The notes under the pieces: model-generated
What the model was told of the DNA's origin: nothing
Databases searched by the model: none
What the model saw: the letters and a program-made list of their open reading frames with translations, nothing else
Assembly (NCBI GenBank): GCA_043823745.1
Contig: JBDRAN010000048.1
Coordinates: 896 to 64,895, forward strand
DNA from: Candidatus Omnitrophota bacterium
Lineage (GTDB): Bacteria; Omnitrophota; Gorgyraeia; Duberdicusellales; 4484-171
Direction: 5' to 3'
Length of the DNA: 64,000 nt
In this document: piece after piece, positions 1 through 7,345 of the stretch
Layout: the number at the start of each line of letters is the position of its first letter
Numbering within the stretch: position 1 is the stretch's first letter
Translations under genes and position numbers: made by a program

Positions 1-218
1 GTAGTCTTTTTGGCCGGTAATGTATCTATAGCGGCCTTGCTGGACGATTACTTCTTCGGGCTTTATTGGGTATAGGTATCCATCGTAATTCATGTTGTAT
101 CCCTGTTTAGTAGAGACGGGCTTTCTTTTAAGGTTTCCACTGAAAAACGGCTGTCGGGTTTGGTGCTAATTTGTTTCTTTCCCTGTCGGGAAACAAATTA
201 TCCCGGAGGCGGTGCCCG

Positions 219-554
219 ATGTGGAATAAACCATCAATTAAGGAGCTTGAGAAGATACCGAAATTCTATGAAACAGAAGATGTGTCTGCGGAAGAAAAGG
301 ATATTCACATGCACTTCTTTTTGGGCGGGTGTGATTGGTATGTCGCAGAGTATGACGCTGAGAAGGAGCTTTTCTTTGGCTTTGCCATTTTGAACAATGA
401 TTATCAGATGGCTGAGTGGGGCTACATTAGCTTCAAAGAGCTCTGCGATTTGAGTGTCAAGGGCATTGAAGTTGACCGCGATTTGTATTTTGAGTCTAGA
501 AAGGCAAAGAACGTCGAGAAAATTAAGATGGCTATGAAGGAGGTGGAAGCATGA
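219..554 (+). CDS. DUF2958-like protein (family typical of conjugative elements and phages)
   Basis: ORF 171..554; an internal ATG at 219 gives MWNKPS.... The GGCDWYVAEYD, FFGFAILN and GIEVDRDLYF motifs recall the DUF2958 family. Stop overlaps the start of the next ORF (ATGA). Confidence 0.45.
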   Translation: MWNKPSIKELEKIPKFYETEDVSAEEKDIHMHFFLGGCDWYVAEYDAEKELFFGFAILNNDYQMAEWGYISFKELCDLSVKGIEVDRDLYFESRKAKNVEKIKMAMKEVEA

Positions 555-901
555 ATCGAACAGAAAGGATAGCTAGAGCTATTGGGTATTTGAGGGGTGA
601 GATTGAGTTTGTGCGGAAGGAGCGGGGCTTTACGCATTCGGTTATTTTCATAAGCGAGCGTATGCATATCATGAAGAAGTTGGTTCCGCTTCTTATTGAA
701 GACAGCCGCATGACTCTTACGGAGATGTCAAAGCGCACAGGGATTCCGGTATCTACGGTGTATGATAACTTGCCCAGAGTGCAGGAAGCGTTCAAATTCA
801 CCATAGTGCCTAAGTCGATTTATTGTGATGAGGAACAAGCGCAGTTTGAGGCAGGCCAAACTCGAATGTATGACTTTAAGCCCGGACTTAAGGCTTCCTG
901 A
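551..901 (+). CDS. small winged-helix HTH protein (AsnC/Lrp-like N-terminal HTH)
   Basis: MKKLVPLLIEDSRMTLTEMSKRTGIPVSTVYDNL resembles the AsnC-type HTH. Translationally coupled to the upstream ORF. Confidence 0.4.
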   Translation: MNRTERIARAIGYLRGEIEFVRKERGFTHSVIFISERMHIMKKLVPLLIEDSRMTLTEMSKRTGIPVSTVYDNLPRVQEAFKFTIVPKSIYCDEEQAQFEAGQTRMYDFKPGLKAS

Positions 902-961
902 AAGCCTTTATTTTTTTCTCTTTCCTTATGCGAGAAAAAAATATATTGAGGTGATAAAAAA

Positions 962-1282
962 ATGTGTAATTTGTCAAACATGAGGGGTGTGCCCCCGCAG
1001 GACATCAACAAAGTATTGAATGGCTACAGGAAGAAGCTTAACAACAAGGTAGTGGATCGGTGCTGGAAGATCAAGGAAGATAAGGACAAAGCTCAAAAGC
1101 TCAGGCAAGAAATGAAAAACAGGTGTGCAGACTTTGATGTTGATTTGCGGCTCGAAATGATTCAGGACAGGGAGATGATGCAAAAGGAGGGATTCAAAGC
1201 CAAAGGGCACCCAGATTATCAGATAGAGATTACTGAGGAAGAAGTCGAAGCTGTTATCAACACGCACAGCGATTTGAAATGA
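962..1282 (+). CDS. hypothetical lysine/glutamate-rich protein
   Basis: 106-aa ORF with good coding periodicity and no recognisable motif. The antisense ORF 974..1267 is judged a shadow ORF. Confidence 0.3.
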   Translation: MCNLSNMRGVPPQDINKVLNGYRKKLNNKVVDRCWKIKEDKDKAQKLRQEMKNRCADFDVDLRLEMIQDREMMQKEGFKAKGHPDYQIEITEEEVEAVINTHSDLK

Positions 1283-1299
1283 TTTCTCTTTTTTCTAAT

Positions 1300-1326
1300 A
1301 TTTTTGTCAAGTTATCATGTTATAAT
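1300..1326 (+). promoter_or_regulatory. putative extended -10 promoter (TGtTATAAT) for the small Cys-rich gene
   Basis: catgTTATAATg with TG one base upstream of TATAAT, about 20 nt before the RBS aaaaggagg. Confidence 0.35.
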
Positions 1327-1347
1327 GATTCCAAAAGGAGGTTCGGA

Positions 1348-1542
1348 GTGGGTGTTAGATGTTTGGGATGTAGCCGCAATTGTCGTGAGGATGAAGTTGC
1401 TTATGTAGGTGAATTTTCTAATGGCCGCAAGTTAGAATTATGCAGGGATTGCTTCTCCATTTACCAATCAAATAATCTTGATAGTCGTTCTCCCGAAGAT
1501 GCGGTTGCCTTTATTATGCAGTACAGAAGAGTCAACAGCTAA
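1348..1542 (+). CDS. small Cys-rich (CxxC...CxxC) hypothetical protein
   Basis: GTG start at 1348, preceded 6 nt upstream by a strong RBS aaggagg. Sequence is VGVRCLGCSRNC...CRDCFS, zinc-ribbon-like. Confidence 0.4.
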   Translation: MGVRCLGCSRNCREDEVAYVGEFSNGRKLELCRDCFSIYQSNNLDSRSPEDAVAFIMQYRRVNS

Positions 1543-1714
1543 GCTTATTTCTCAATTTTCTTTCCGTAATCATTTTTTCTTTTCCATTCCTTAGAATGTT
1601 ATCCTGCTGTTCTTCAGGCAGTTTCAGAAGGTTTATGAATTGGGTTACTCGGACTCTTGAAATGCCTAGCTTTTTGGCAAGCTTGTTTTGGCTGAGATTC
1701 TGCTTGTTTAGCAT
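1532..1714 (-). CDS. ParB/Spo0J-like HTH fragment protein
   Basis: QNKLAKKLGISRVRVTQFINLLKLPEE matches the ParB HTH (…LGKSRSxVxNxLRLLKLPEEVQ). The ORF stays open upstream to 1861 without a canonical start, so it may be a remnant. Confidence 0.35.
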   Translation of the reverse strand: MLNKQNLSQNKLAKKLGISRVRVTQFINLLKLPEEQQDNILRNGKEKMITERKLRNKLSC

Positions 1715-1939
1715 TTGTTTGTATTCTCTTGCTTTGGTTATGGGGTTAACGTAGCGTTCGAGGTGTTTTTGGTGGGCGATTTTTCTCTTGGATATCTTCG
1801 TAACTCGTTGTATACTAAAGGCATATTGATAGTTCTTACAGCAGTCCGCTGTGGGGAGCCACTAAAACATAACCCTATGTGAGTATAATACTTGCCTAGG
1901 GTTTTGTTTTGGAGTAAAATTAATCTTATGGGAGGAAGA

Positions 1940-2527
1940 ATGACAGATAATAAACAAAGCGATTTTTACACATCTTACAAGATTTCCAAATCATTTAAGA
2001 TATTCTTAGTATTATTTTCAATTATAGGCCTGCTGTTTCTTGGTTATAGCTTAGTTAAGACGGGCGAGAATTTAAAAGATGCCATAGTGCTTGTTGCGAG
2101 CGCAGCTGGTGCAATTGTTTTACTTTTTTGGTTTATAGTAGTAATGGTAAATAAAATTCGTAATCCAGAAAATATATCAAATATAGAACGCTCGTACGCT
2201 GAGGATTTAGGGCGTTATAAAGTTGTAGCGATTGTCAAAAAGTATGTATTTTCTGATATGGATATTGGTCAAGTTCTAAACCTTATAGTCATAATGGGAG
2301 GGATGTTTAAATGGCTATTATTTTATATCTTTGCCGGTGGAACAGCAATGGTGTTTCTCAGAAACGATACTTTATTTAATAAGATTTTAATATTAGCCTT
2401 GAGCGTAGTTTGGTGTCCTTGGCTCGAGAATATATGTTTAAAAAAAATTAATTATATACTAATATTCATTGTCAAAGTACTTGCGACATTTAGTTTATTT
2501 ATGATAGGCATTGTAATAAGCCCTTAA
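1940..2527 (+). CDS. AT-rich multi-pass membrane protein, hypothetical
   Basis: RBS ggagg 5 nt upstream of ATG at 1940. Four to five hydrophobic segments. Low GC relative to its flanks. Confidence 0.45.
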   Translation: MTDNKQSDFYTSYKISKSFKIFLVLFSIIGLLFLGYSLVKTGENLKDAIVLVASAAGAIVLLFWFIVVMVNKIRNPENISNIERSYAEDLGRYKVVAIVKKYVFSDMDIGQVLNLIVIMGGMFKWLLFYIFAGGTAMVFLRNDTLFNKILILALSVVWCPWLENICLKKINYILIFIVKVLATFSLFMIGIVISP

Positions 2528-2550
2528 ATACAGGAGGATGGTTCATATTT

Positions 2551-2727
2551 ATGCATATCGGAGCCGTTATAGATAAGTTATTTTGGTTTGCAATAGGCAT
2601 ATATTTTATTTTTTTATCCATAAAACAAAAGGAAAAATTAGGCAACAAAGCAGCTCTCGTTAGATTTTCTGGAATAGTCCTAATATTAGTAGGAATTATG
2701 TTTAGTATACTGGCAATAATTAAGTAA
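2551..2727 (+). CDS. small two-TM membrane protein (58 aa)
   Basis: Sequence MHIGAVIDKLFWFAIGIYFIFLS...VLILVGIMFSILAIIK; RBS aggagg upstream. Below the 60-aa cutoff of the ORF track. Confidence 0.3.
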   Translation: MHIGAVIDKLFWFAIGIYFIFLSIKQKEKLGNKAALVRFSGIVLILVGIMFSILAIIK

Positions 2728-2837
2728 TAGCAGTCATTTCTATATATAGTTTCTTCGCCTCCTCCGTCATACACCAGTTGTGAAACTCATCTAAGAAGTT
2801 GCGAAAATCGTCCTCTTGGGGGAGCCATGAAATAAAC

Positions 2838-2868
2838 ACCTCTAGCATTTTTTGCTAGGGGTTTTTTA
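2838..2868 (+). terminator. rho-independent terminator-like hairpin (cctctagca-ttttt-tgctagggg plus T-run)
   Basis: 9-bp stem, 5-nt loop, followed by gggttttttatt. Confidence 0.45.
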
Positions 2869-2885
2869 TTTCATTGTTTCATTCA

Positions 2886-3036
2886 AGGTAGGGCTCGAAC
2901 CTCTTGCGTAGCAAGCCAAGGTTGCGCGACCGGAGCGCTCCTGCGTACAGGAAGTGCCGGAACATTCAACAATGTTTTATGTAGACGGTGACGGCCCCCT
3001 ACCTAGCGAACACTTTATTGTATCTTATCGCGTGAG
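2886..3036 (+). ncRNA. candidate small RNA or repeat element, copy A (core TAGGGCTCGAAC)
   Basis: No ORF. Starts with the 12-mer tagggctcgaac shared with copies at 3408 and 4195. Flanked by a terminator upstream and a terminator-like hairpin downstream. Confidence 0.25.
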
Positions 3037-3037
3037 C

Positions 3038-3068
3038 ATCCCGCAAGAAGCGGGGCGGGGAGTTTTTG
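3038..3068 (+). terminator. terminator-like hairpin cccgc-aagaa-gcggg followed by ggggagttttt
   Basis: 5-bp GC stem with a U-run 8 nt downstream. A similar cccgc...gcggg hairpin is at 4447-4468. Confidence 0.35.
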
Positions 3069-3108
3069 ACTTTATAATCCTCTATGATACTATATTGTAG
3101 AGGGTTTG
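3062..3108 (+). promoter_or_regulatory. conserved promoter module, copy 1 (TTGACT, 16 nt, TGaTACTAT, then leader ATTGTAGAGGGTTTG)
   Basis: The 45-nt block ttttgactttataatcctctatgatactatattgtagagggtttg is nearly identical at 9271..9316. It contains a -35 TTGACT and an extended -10. The inverted repeat cctcta/tagagg spans the -10. Confidence 0.5.
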
Positions 3109-3140
3109 TCTATTTGATACTTACAATACAAGGAGGGGTT

Positions 3141-3329
3141 ATGGCAGGAATCAAGTGTGTTGAACAAAAAGATGACGTGCATCCCATATGTCCGTATTGT
3201 TCCACAGAGCTGAGTGAAGTTTGGGCACGTAATTTAGGTACTTTTTTCGGTGTTCGTTTTATTTATTTTTGCCCTCACTGCAAAAAAGTGCTAGGTATTT
3301 CCCATCGAAAAGGGAACCTTATAAATTAG
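3141..3329 (+). CDS. small zinc-ribbon protein (CPYC...CPHC)
   Basis: RBS aaggagggg then ATG at 3141. Sequence MAGIKCVEQKDDVHPICPYCSTELSEVWARNLGTFFGVRFIYFCPHCKKVLGI. Two CxxC pairs. Confidence 0.5.
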   Translation: MAGIKCVEQKDDVHPICPYCSTELSEVWARNLGTFFGVRFIYFCPHCKKVLGISHRKGNLIN

Positions 3330-3379
3330 TATTCTTTCCCGCGAACTCAGATTAAATTTTACTTAAACTTTAACCGGTA

Positions 3380-3470
3380 TGCAGGTGAGCAGGGGTATAA
3401 AAGATGATAGGGCTCGAACCGCCAGAGGAGGGCAGGGAGGCAGAATTACCCTTCCCCAGATTGCATAGTT
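3380..3470 (+). repeat. repeat element, copy B (CAGGGGTATAAAAgatgaTAGGGCTCGAACCGCCAGAGG...)
   Basis: Shares caggggtataaaa...tagggctcgaac and cgccagagg with copy C (4173..4306). The preceding cgcgaac...ttaaatttta is also shared. Confidence 0.45.
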
Positions 3471-3667
3471 TTCTGGAGTGGAAAATAGAGGAGGAAAATA
3501 TCACAACTAAAAACGTTAATGAATACGGCTATATTTAATGCTTCAATAATGAGTCTCCCCTTGACATCGGTAGAGGTGTGGTGGTACGTATTAATTGTTA
3601 AGGGGAGACAACGAAAAGGTACCCTTTCATGAGATTTCAAGGGGTGCAAAGCCACGGTTCCTTTAAA

Positions 3668-3722
3668 CACGAATTGACACGAATGAAAAGCGAATAATTA
3701 CGAATGAAAATTTGTGTGATTC
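3668..3722 (+). promoter_or_regulatory. array of four ACGAAT direct repeats phased at 11 bp plus one inverted copy (putative transcription-factor binding array)
   Basis: cacGAATtgacACGAATgaaaagCGAATaattACGAATgaaaatttgtgtgATTCGac. Lies about 130 bp upstream of the 3850 gene. A similar array sits on the other strand at 61921..61950. Confidence 0.4.
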
Positions 3723-3849
3723 GACTATAATTTGTGTTAATTGGTGGTGAGTGGAACGAACAAGGAAAGCCGAGCTGCCGAATGTCTCTTTTGAGGCGTA
3801 GGTATGCTCGGTTTTTTATTTATAGAGTATAGAAACAAGGAGGTAAATC

Positions 3850-4080
3850 ATGCGTTGTATATTATGTGGTAAGCCAAGAATAGCGAACGATCTGATAGTT
3901 TTTTCGCCTGAAGGGTTTAGACAAACCATGTCGATTTTTAATATTACACCCGTTGAAGGGAAAAAGATTGCTGAAAAAGTTAAAAAATATTTACCTATCC
4001 ATGTGTGCCCAGAGCACTTACAGACACTTAAATTGCGCGTAGGCACTAAGGGATGGATGAAAGTAATACGGGAGCCATAA
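3850..4080 (+). CDS. small zinc-finger-like protein (CILCGK...CPEH)
   Basis: Strong RBS aacaaggaggtaaatc before the ATG. 76 aa, Cys/His-containing. Confidence 0.45.
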   Translation: MRCILCGKPRIANDLIVFSPEGFRQTMSIFNITPVEGKKIAEKVKKYLPIHVCPEHLQTLKLRVGTKGWMKVIREP

Positions 4081-4172
4081 AAAGATTGCTCTATCCAAGA
4101 ATGGGGTGGCGTTAATTTTTTCAACCCCGCGAGCTTCGCTTAAATTTTAATAAAATTTAAGCGATATATATG

Positions 4173-4306
4173 CGAACAGGGGTATAAAACAGGTAGGGCT
4201 CGAACTAAAGAGGTACTTCCCGCCAGAGGGAACCACAGAATTCATTCCTTGTCAATTCTTTCCCACCCATGCTATAACCGAGGGGCCCCCGTATCTACCA
4301 TTTTTT
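4173..4306 (+). repeat. repeat element, copy C (GAACAGGGGTATAAAAcaggTAGGGCTCGAAC ... GGCCCCCGTATCTACC ttttttt)
   Basis: Shares its 5-prime core with copies A and B and its 3-prime motif ggccccc-ta-cta-c with copy A. Ends in a T-run. Confidence 0.45.
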
Positions 4307-4528
4307 CCCAATTACCTGGACAAATCTTGCTTTATAGTATCGTAAGTATCTTATACCGGGCAACTTATCTGACCTTGTAAAATATAAAGCTTTTACGATA
4401 ATAAGCATCTTTGATATAATACTTACGCATGGATGGTAAGATTTTTACCCGCGGCTGACAAAAGCGGGCGCAGGCCGTAAAGGAAAAAGGTTTAGATCGC
4501 TACAATAACCCATAATATTTAATTTAGA

Positions 4529-6052
4529 ATGAACAAAAAAATAGCCTATACCCTTTTAGTCTTGGCGGTGGCTATATTTTTATGGCAAACACTGAAATTC
4601 CCGTTAACTTCCCCGTCCGTAACGGGCGGTGAAGCGGAAGCTTCTAATGCAACGCTGAAATTTCTCAATAATATCAAACATGGCGAATGCCAATACATAA
4701 CGTTCCTTGGAAGGCGTTTCCCTATTAATATCGGAAAAAGGCACGGAGCTTTAGAGATTTACGTGATGGCTCCTTTTGTCGCTTTGAGCGATTTTAGACT
4801 AGAGAGAATAAGGATCGTGACTGTTCTTTTTGCGGTGCTGACGATTATCTTTGTTTTCATTTTGGCTAAAGTATTATTCAATAGAACCATCGCGGTAATC
4901 AGCGTAATTCTGATTGCAATAAACCAATATTTTATAGTAATGATGAGGTTTAGTATAACATGGGGTTTAACCGTTCAGCTTTTTTCGGTGATACCGGTAT
5001 TATTGATGTATAAATTTTACACTACGAAGAAACAGTCGTTTTTTTATTGGGGGATGTTCATGCTGGGGCTAGGCCTAAACGCACGGGGGCATTATGTTTG
5101 GTTCATTTTTGGGTTCCTGGTGAGCGCATATTTATTTTTTCGTCATTTTATGAATAACAAAAAAAGAATACTATTTTTTGGTTGTTGCTTCTTTTTTATC
5201 GGATGTTTGCCTGTCCTGCTCCACTATGCAAGCGACCCGGGGTTTAAAAAATTTGTTATGTATAATTTTCCGATTACGCATGGATACTCTTTGGTTTCAA
5301 ATAAAGAATTTGTGAATAATACTCATTTTTTTCAAAACTTAATTTTACGGTTTGACCATATTCTCAGAATAGTTTTCAATGCGCGCGGGAACGGCAGTTA
5401 CCGTCTACCATATTTTTTATTATTTGGAGCATGCGTGAGCCTTACTTTTTACAAATTTTTTCGTAAAAGACCTCATTCGTTCAATAAAAGAAGAATATTA
5501 TTTATTTTCTCTCTTTTTGTGTTGACTCTCGTTGGCTCATGCGTTACGTTTACTTTGATTCGCGATGAACATTTGTTGATGTTGACGCCTTATGTCGTTA
5601 TTATTGTCGCCGTAATGATATATGAAATGTTTAAAGATAATATTTTTTATGTGTCTCGGCCGCTCAGCGTAATTTTTTTGTCAACGATTATTTTCTCTAA
5701 TATCACTTCTACCGAAAAATTTTTGCCGACACCTGATGATAACCTTTCTTTTGTGACGCAATGGCTTATTAAAAATAATGTTAAGAAAGTTATAGCCTCT
5801 AATTACATCATAGATATGGGAATAGAGTTTTATTCGGGCCTTAAGCTTGATCCATATCCGTGTCCTACGTGGAGAGAGGAAAACAAGAAAAAAATATGTA
5901 AAAAAATTATTGAAAATTCCAAATCTGACGTCGCGTTCGTAGCGCGAAAAGGCCCCATTCGTACGGCATTCAATAAACTACTTAAAAGGACAGGTAAAAC
6001 TATGCATGAAGCTCTAGACACGGGGGGATATATTGTTTACGTAATTGAATGA
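4529..6052 (+). CDS. GT-C fold glycosyltransferase (ArnT/PMT family, 4-amino-arabinose or mannosyl-type transferase-like), polytopic membrane protein
   Basis: 507 aa with more than 10 TM segments and loop regions typical of GT39/GT83. AT-rich. Directly upstream of and overlapping a GT2 polyprenyl-phosphate sugar synthase gene. Confidence 0.5.
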   Translation: MNKKIAYTLLVLAVAIFLWQTLKFPLTSPSVTGGEAEASNATLKFLNNIKHGECQYITFLGRRFPINIGKRHGALEIYVMAPFVALSDFRLERIRIVTVLFAVLTIIFVFILAKVLFNRTIAVISVILIAINQYFIVMMRFSITWGLTVQLFSVIPVLLMYKFYTTKKQSFFYWGMFMLGLGLNARGHYVWFIFGFLVSAYLFFRHFMNNKKRILFFGCCFFFIGCLPVLLHYASDPGFKKFVMYNFPITHGYSLVSNKEFVNNTHFFQNLILRFDHILRIVFNARGNGSYRLPYFLLFGACVSLTFYKFFRKRPHSFNKRRILFIFSLFVLTLVGSCVTFTLIRDEHLLMLTPYVVIIVAVMIYEMFKDNIFYVSRPLSVIFLSTIIFSNITSTEKFLPTPDDNLSFVTQWLIKNNVKKVIASNYIIDMGIEFYSGLKLDPYPCPTWREENKKKICKKIIENSKSDVAFVARKGPIRTAFNKLLKRTGKTMHEALDTGGYIVYVIE

Positions 6053-6068
6053 TTTCAAGGAGATAGTA

Positions 6069-6773
6069 ATGTTTGTATCTGTGGTAATACCTGTGCATAA
6101 TGAATTCGAAAGCCTGGAAACTTTATATAATACGTTGAGCTCTTTGTTTGTGGATTCCGGCTACCGCTACGAGATTATTTTTGTCAATGACGGGAGCATT
6201 GATGACAGCCTTGATATTTTAGAAGGGATTCAGCGCAAGGACAAAATGGTAAAAGTTATACATTTCGATAAAAATCGCGGCAGAGGAGATGCTCTCCTTG
6301 CCGGCTTTGACATCGCCGCCGGTTCACACATTATAACGATTGACGCTGACTTACAGATCAGCGTGGATAATATACCTATGATTCTCAAGGAGCTTGAGCA
6401 TTTTGATATTGTCATAACTCATAGAATCAATAGGATTGAGTCCGATGGATTATTAAAATTTATCTCCTCGCAAGTTGCAAATTTCATACGGAATAAAATC
6501 CTAAGCGAAAATTTTAAAGATACCGGTTCTTCTTTGTGTGGTTTTAAAAGGGAATGTTTCAAGGTGTTGCCTCATTGTCCTGATTTTTGGTATTTTATTG
6601 CTTCATTGGGTAGTGCCTATGGATTTTCGATTAAAGAAATACCTATACGATCATTTCCGAGAAGATTCGGAAGGTCGCATTATAATATCAGGAATAGAGT
6701 GCTGAAATCAGCCAAGGCATTGCTCGAAGTAAGGCGGATAAAAACGAATATAAAGAATCGTAAAGGATTTTAA
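6069..6773 (+). CDS. GT2 family glycosyltransferase, polyprenyl-phosphate (dolichyl/undecaprenyl-phosphate) sugar synthase-like (ArnC/GtrB/DPM1-like)
   Basis: VVIPVHNE...FVNDGSIDDS...DADLQ motifs. RBS aaggag before ATG at 6069. An alternative TTG at 6045 overlaps the upstream stop. Confidence 0.6.
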   Translation: MFVSVVIPVHNEFESLETLYNTLSSLFVDSGYRYEIIFVNDGSIDDSLDILEGIQRKDKMVKVIHFDKNRGRGDALLAGFDIAAGSHIITIDADLQISVDNIPMILKELEHFDIVITHRINRIESDGLLKFISSQVANFIRNKILSENFKDTGSSLCGFKRECFKVLPHCPDFWYFIASLGSAYGFSIKEIPIRSFPRRFGRSHYNIRNRVLKSAKALLEVRRIKTNIKNRKGF

Positions 6774-6788
6774 GCATTTCGAATAAAA

Positions 6789-7340
6789 ATGGACGAATCA
6801 CATAGTTCCCAGCCGCCCTATAATCATTGGTTTCCTTTGGTAAGATTCTATTGGTATCGGGTACAGAGTGTCGTTGCCGGATTGGTCGATTGCTCACATG
6901 ACGGTGTAATACTTGATTTTGGTTGTGGTAAAGAGAAAATTTTGAAAAAAAATCTGAGCGGGCATACTGTTATTGGATATGATGTGATAAAAGAATTTAG
7001 AGATATTGATGATTACAGAAAGATACGTCCGCAGGTTATTGTGTGTTCACACGTATTGGAGCACTTAGGGCCGGCAGAGCTTGAGCGTACCCTGGAGGAC
7101 TTCATTGCGATGGGCCCCCGATATATAATTACCGCTCAGCCTACGGAAAATAATATTTCGCGGCTTTCCTGGTTTTTTAGCGGAAAAAAAGAACTAACAA
7201 AAAAACTCACGTTGTTAGAGCACAAATTGACTATCGATAAAATTCATTCGGTCTTGGCTAAGTATTTTATTCTTCAGGAAAGAAAGAATGTATTAACGTT
7301 GACTGTTGTTTCGAAGTGGGTCTTGAGGATCCGGGCATGA
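6789..7340 (+). CDS. class I SAM-dependent methyltransferase
   Basis: Motif I ILDFGCGKE and the VCSHVLEHL motif. Confidence 0.5.
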   Translation: MDESHSSQPPYNHWFPLVRFYWYRVQSVVAGLVDCSHDGVILDFGCGKEKILKKNLSGHTVIGYDVIKEFRDIDDYRKIRPQVIVCSHVLEHLGPAELERTLEDFIAMGPRYIITAQPTENNISRLSWFFSGKKELTKKLTLLEHKLTIDKIHSVLAKYFILQERKNVLTLTVVSKWVLRIRA

Positions 7341-7345
7341 TCTAG

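Noticed and set aside
974-1267. 97-aa minus-strand ORF overlapping the 962-1282 plus-strand ORF
   Set aside because: Only one of the two can be real. The plus-strand ORF continues the co-directional, translationally coupled gene series and is preferred. Both are low confidence.
2886-4210. tRNA genes or fragments on the minus strand (GGTTCGAGCCC T-loop-like 11-mer at three sites)
   Set aside because: The flanking sequence does not form T-stem, acceptor or anticodon arms in any of the three copies. It is kept only as a conserved core of the repeat family.
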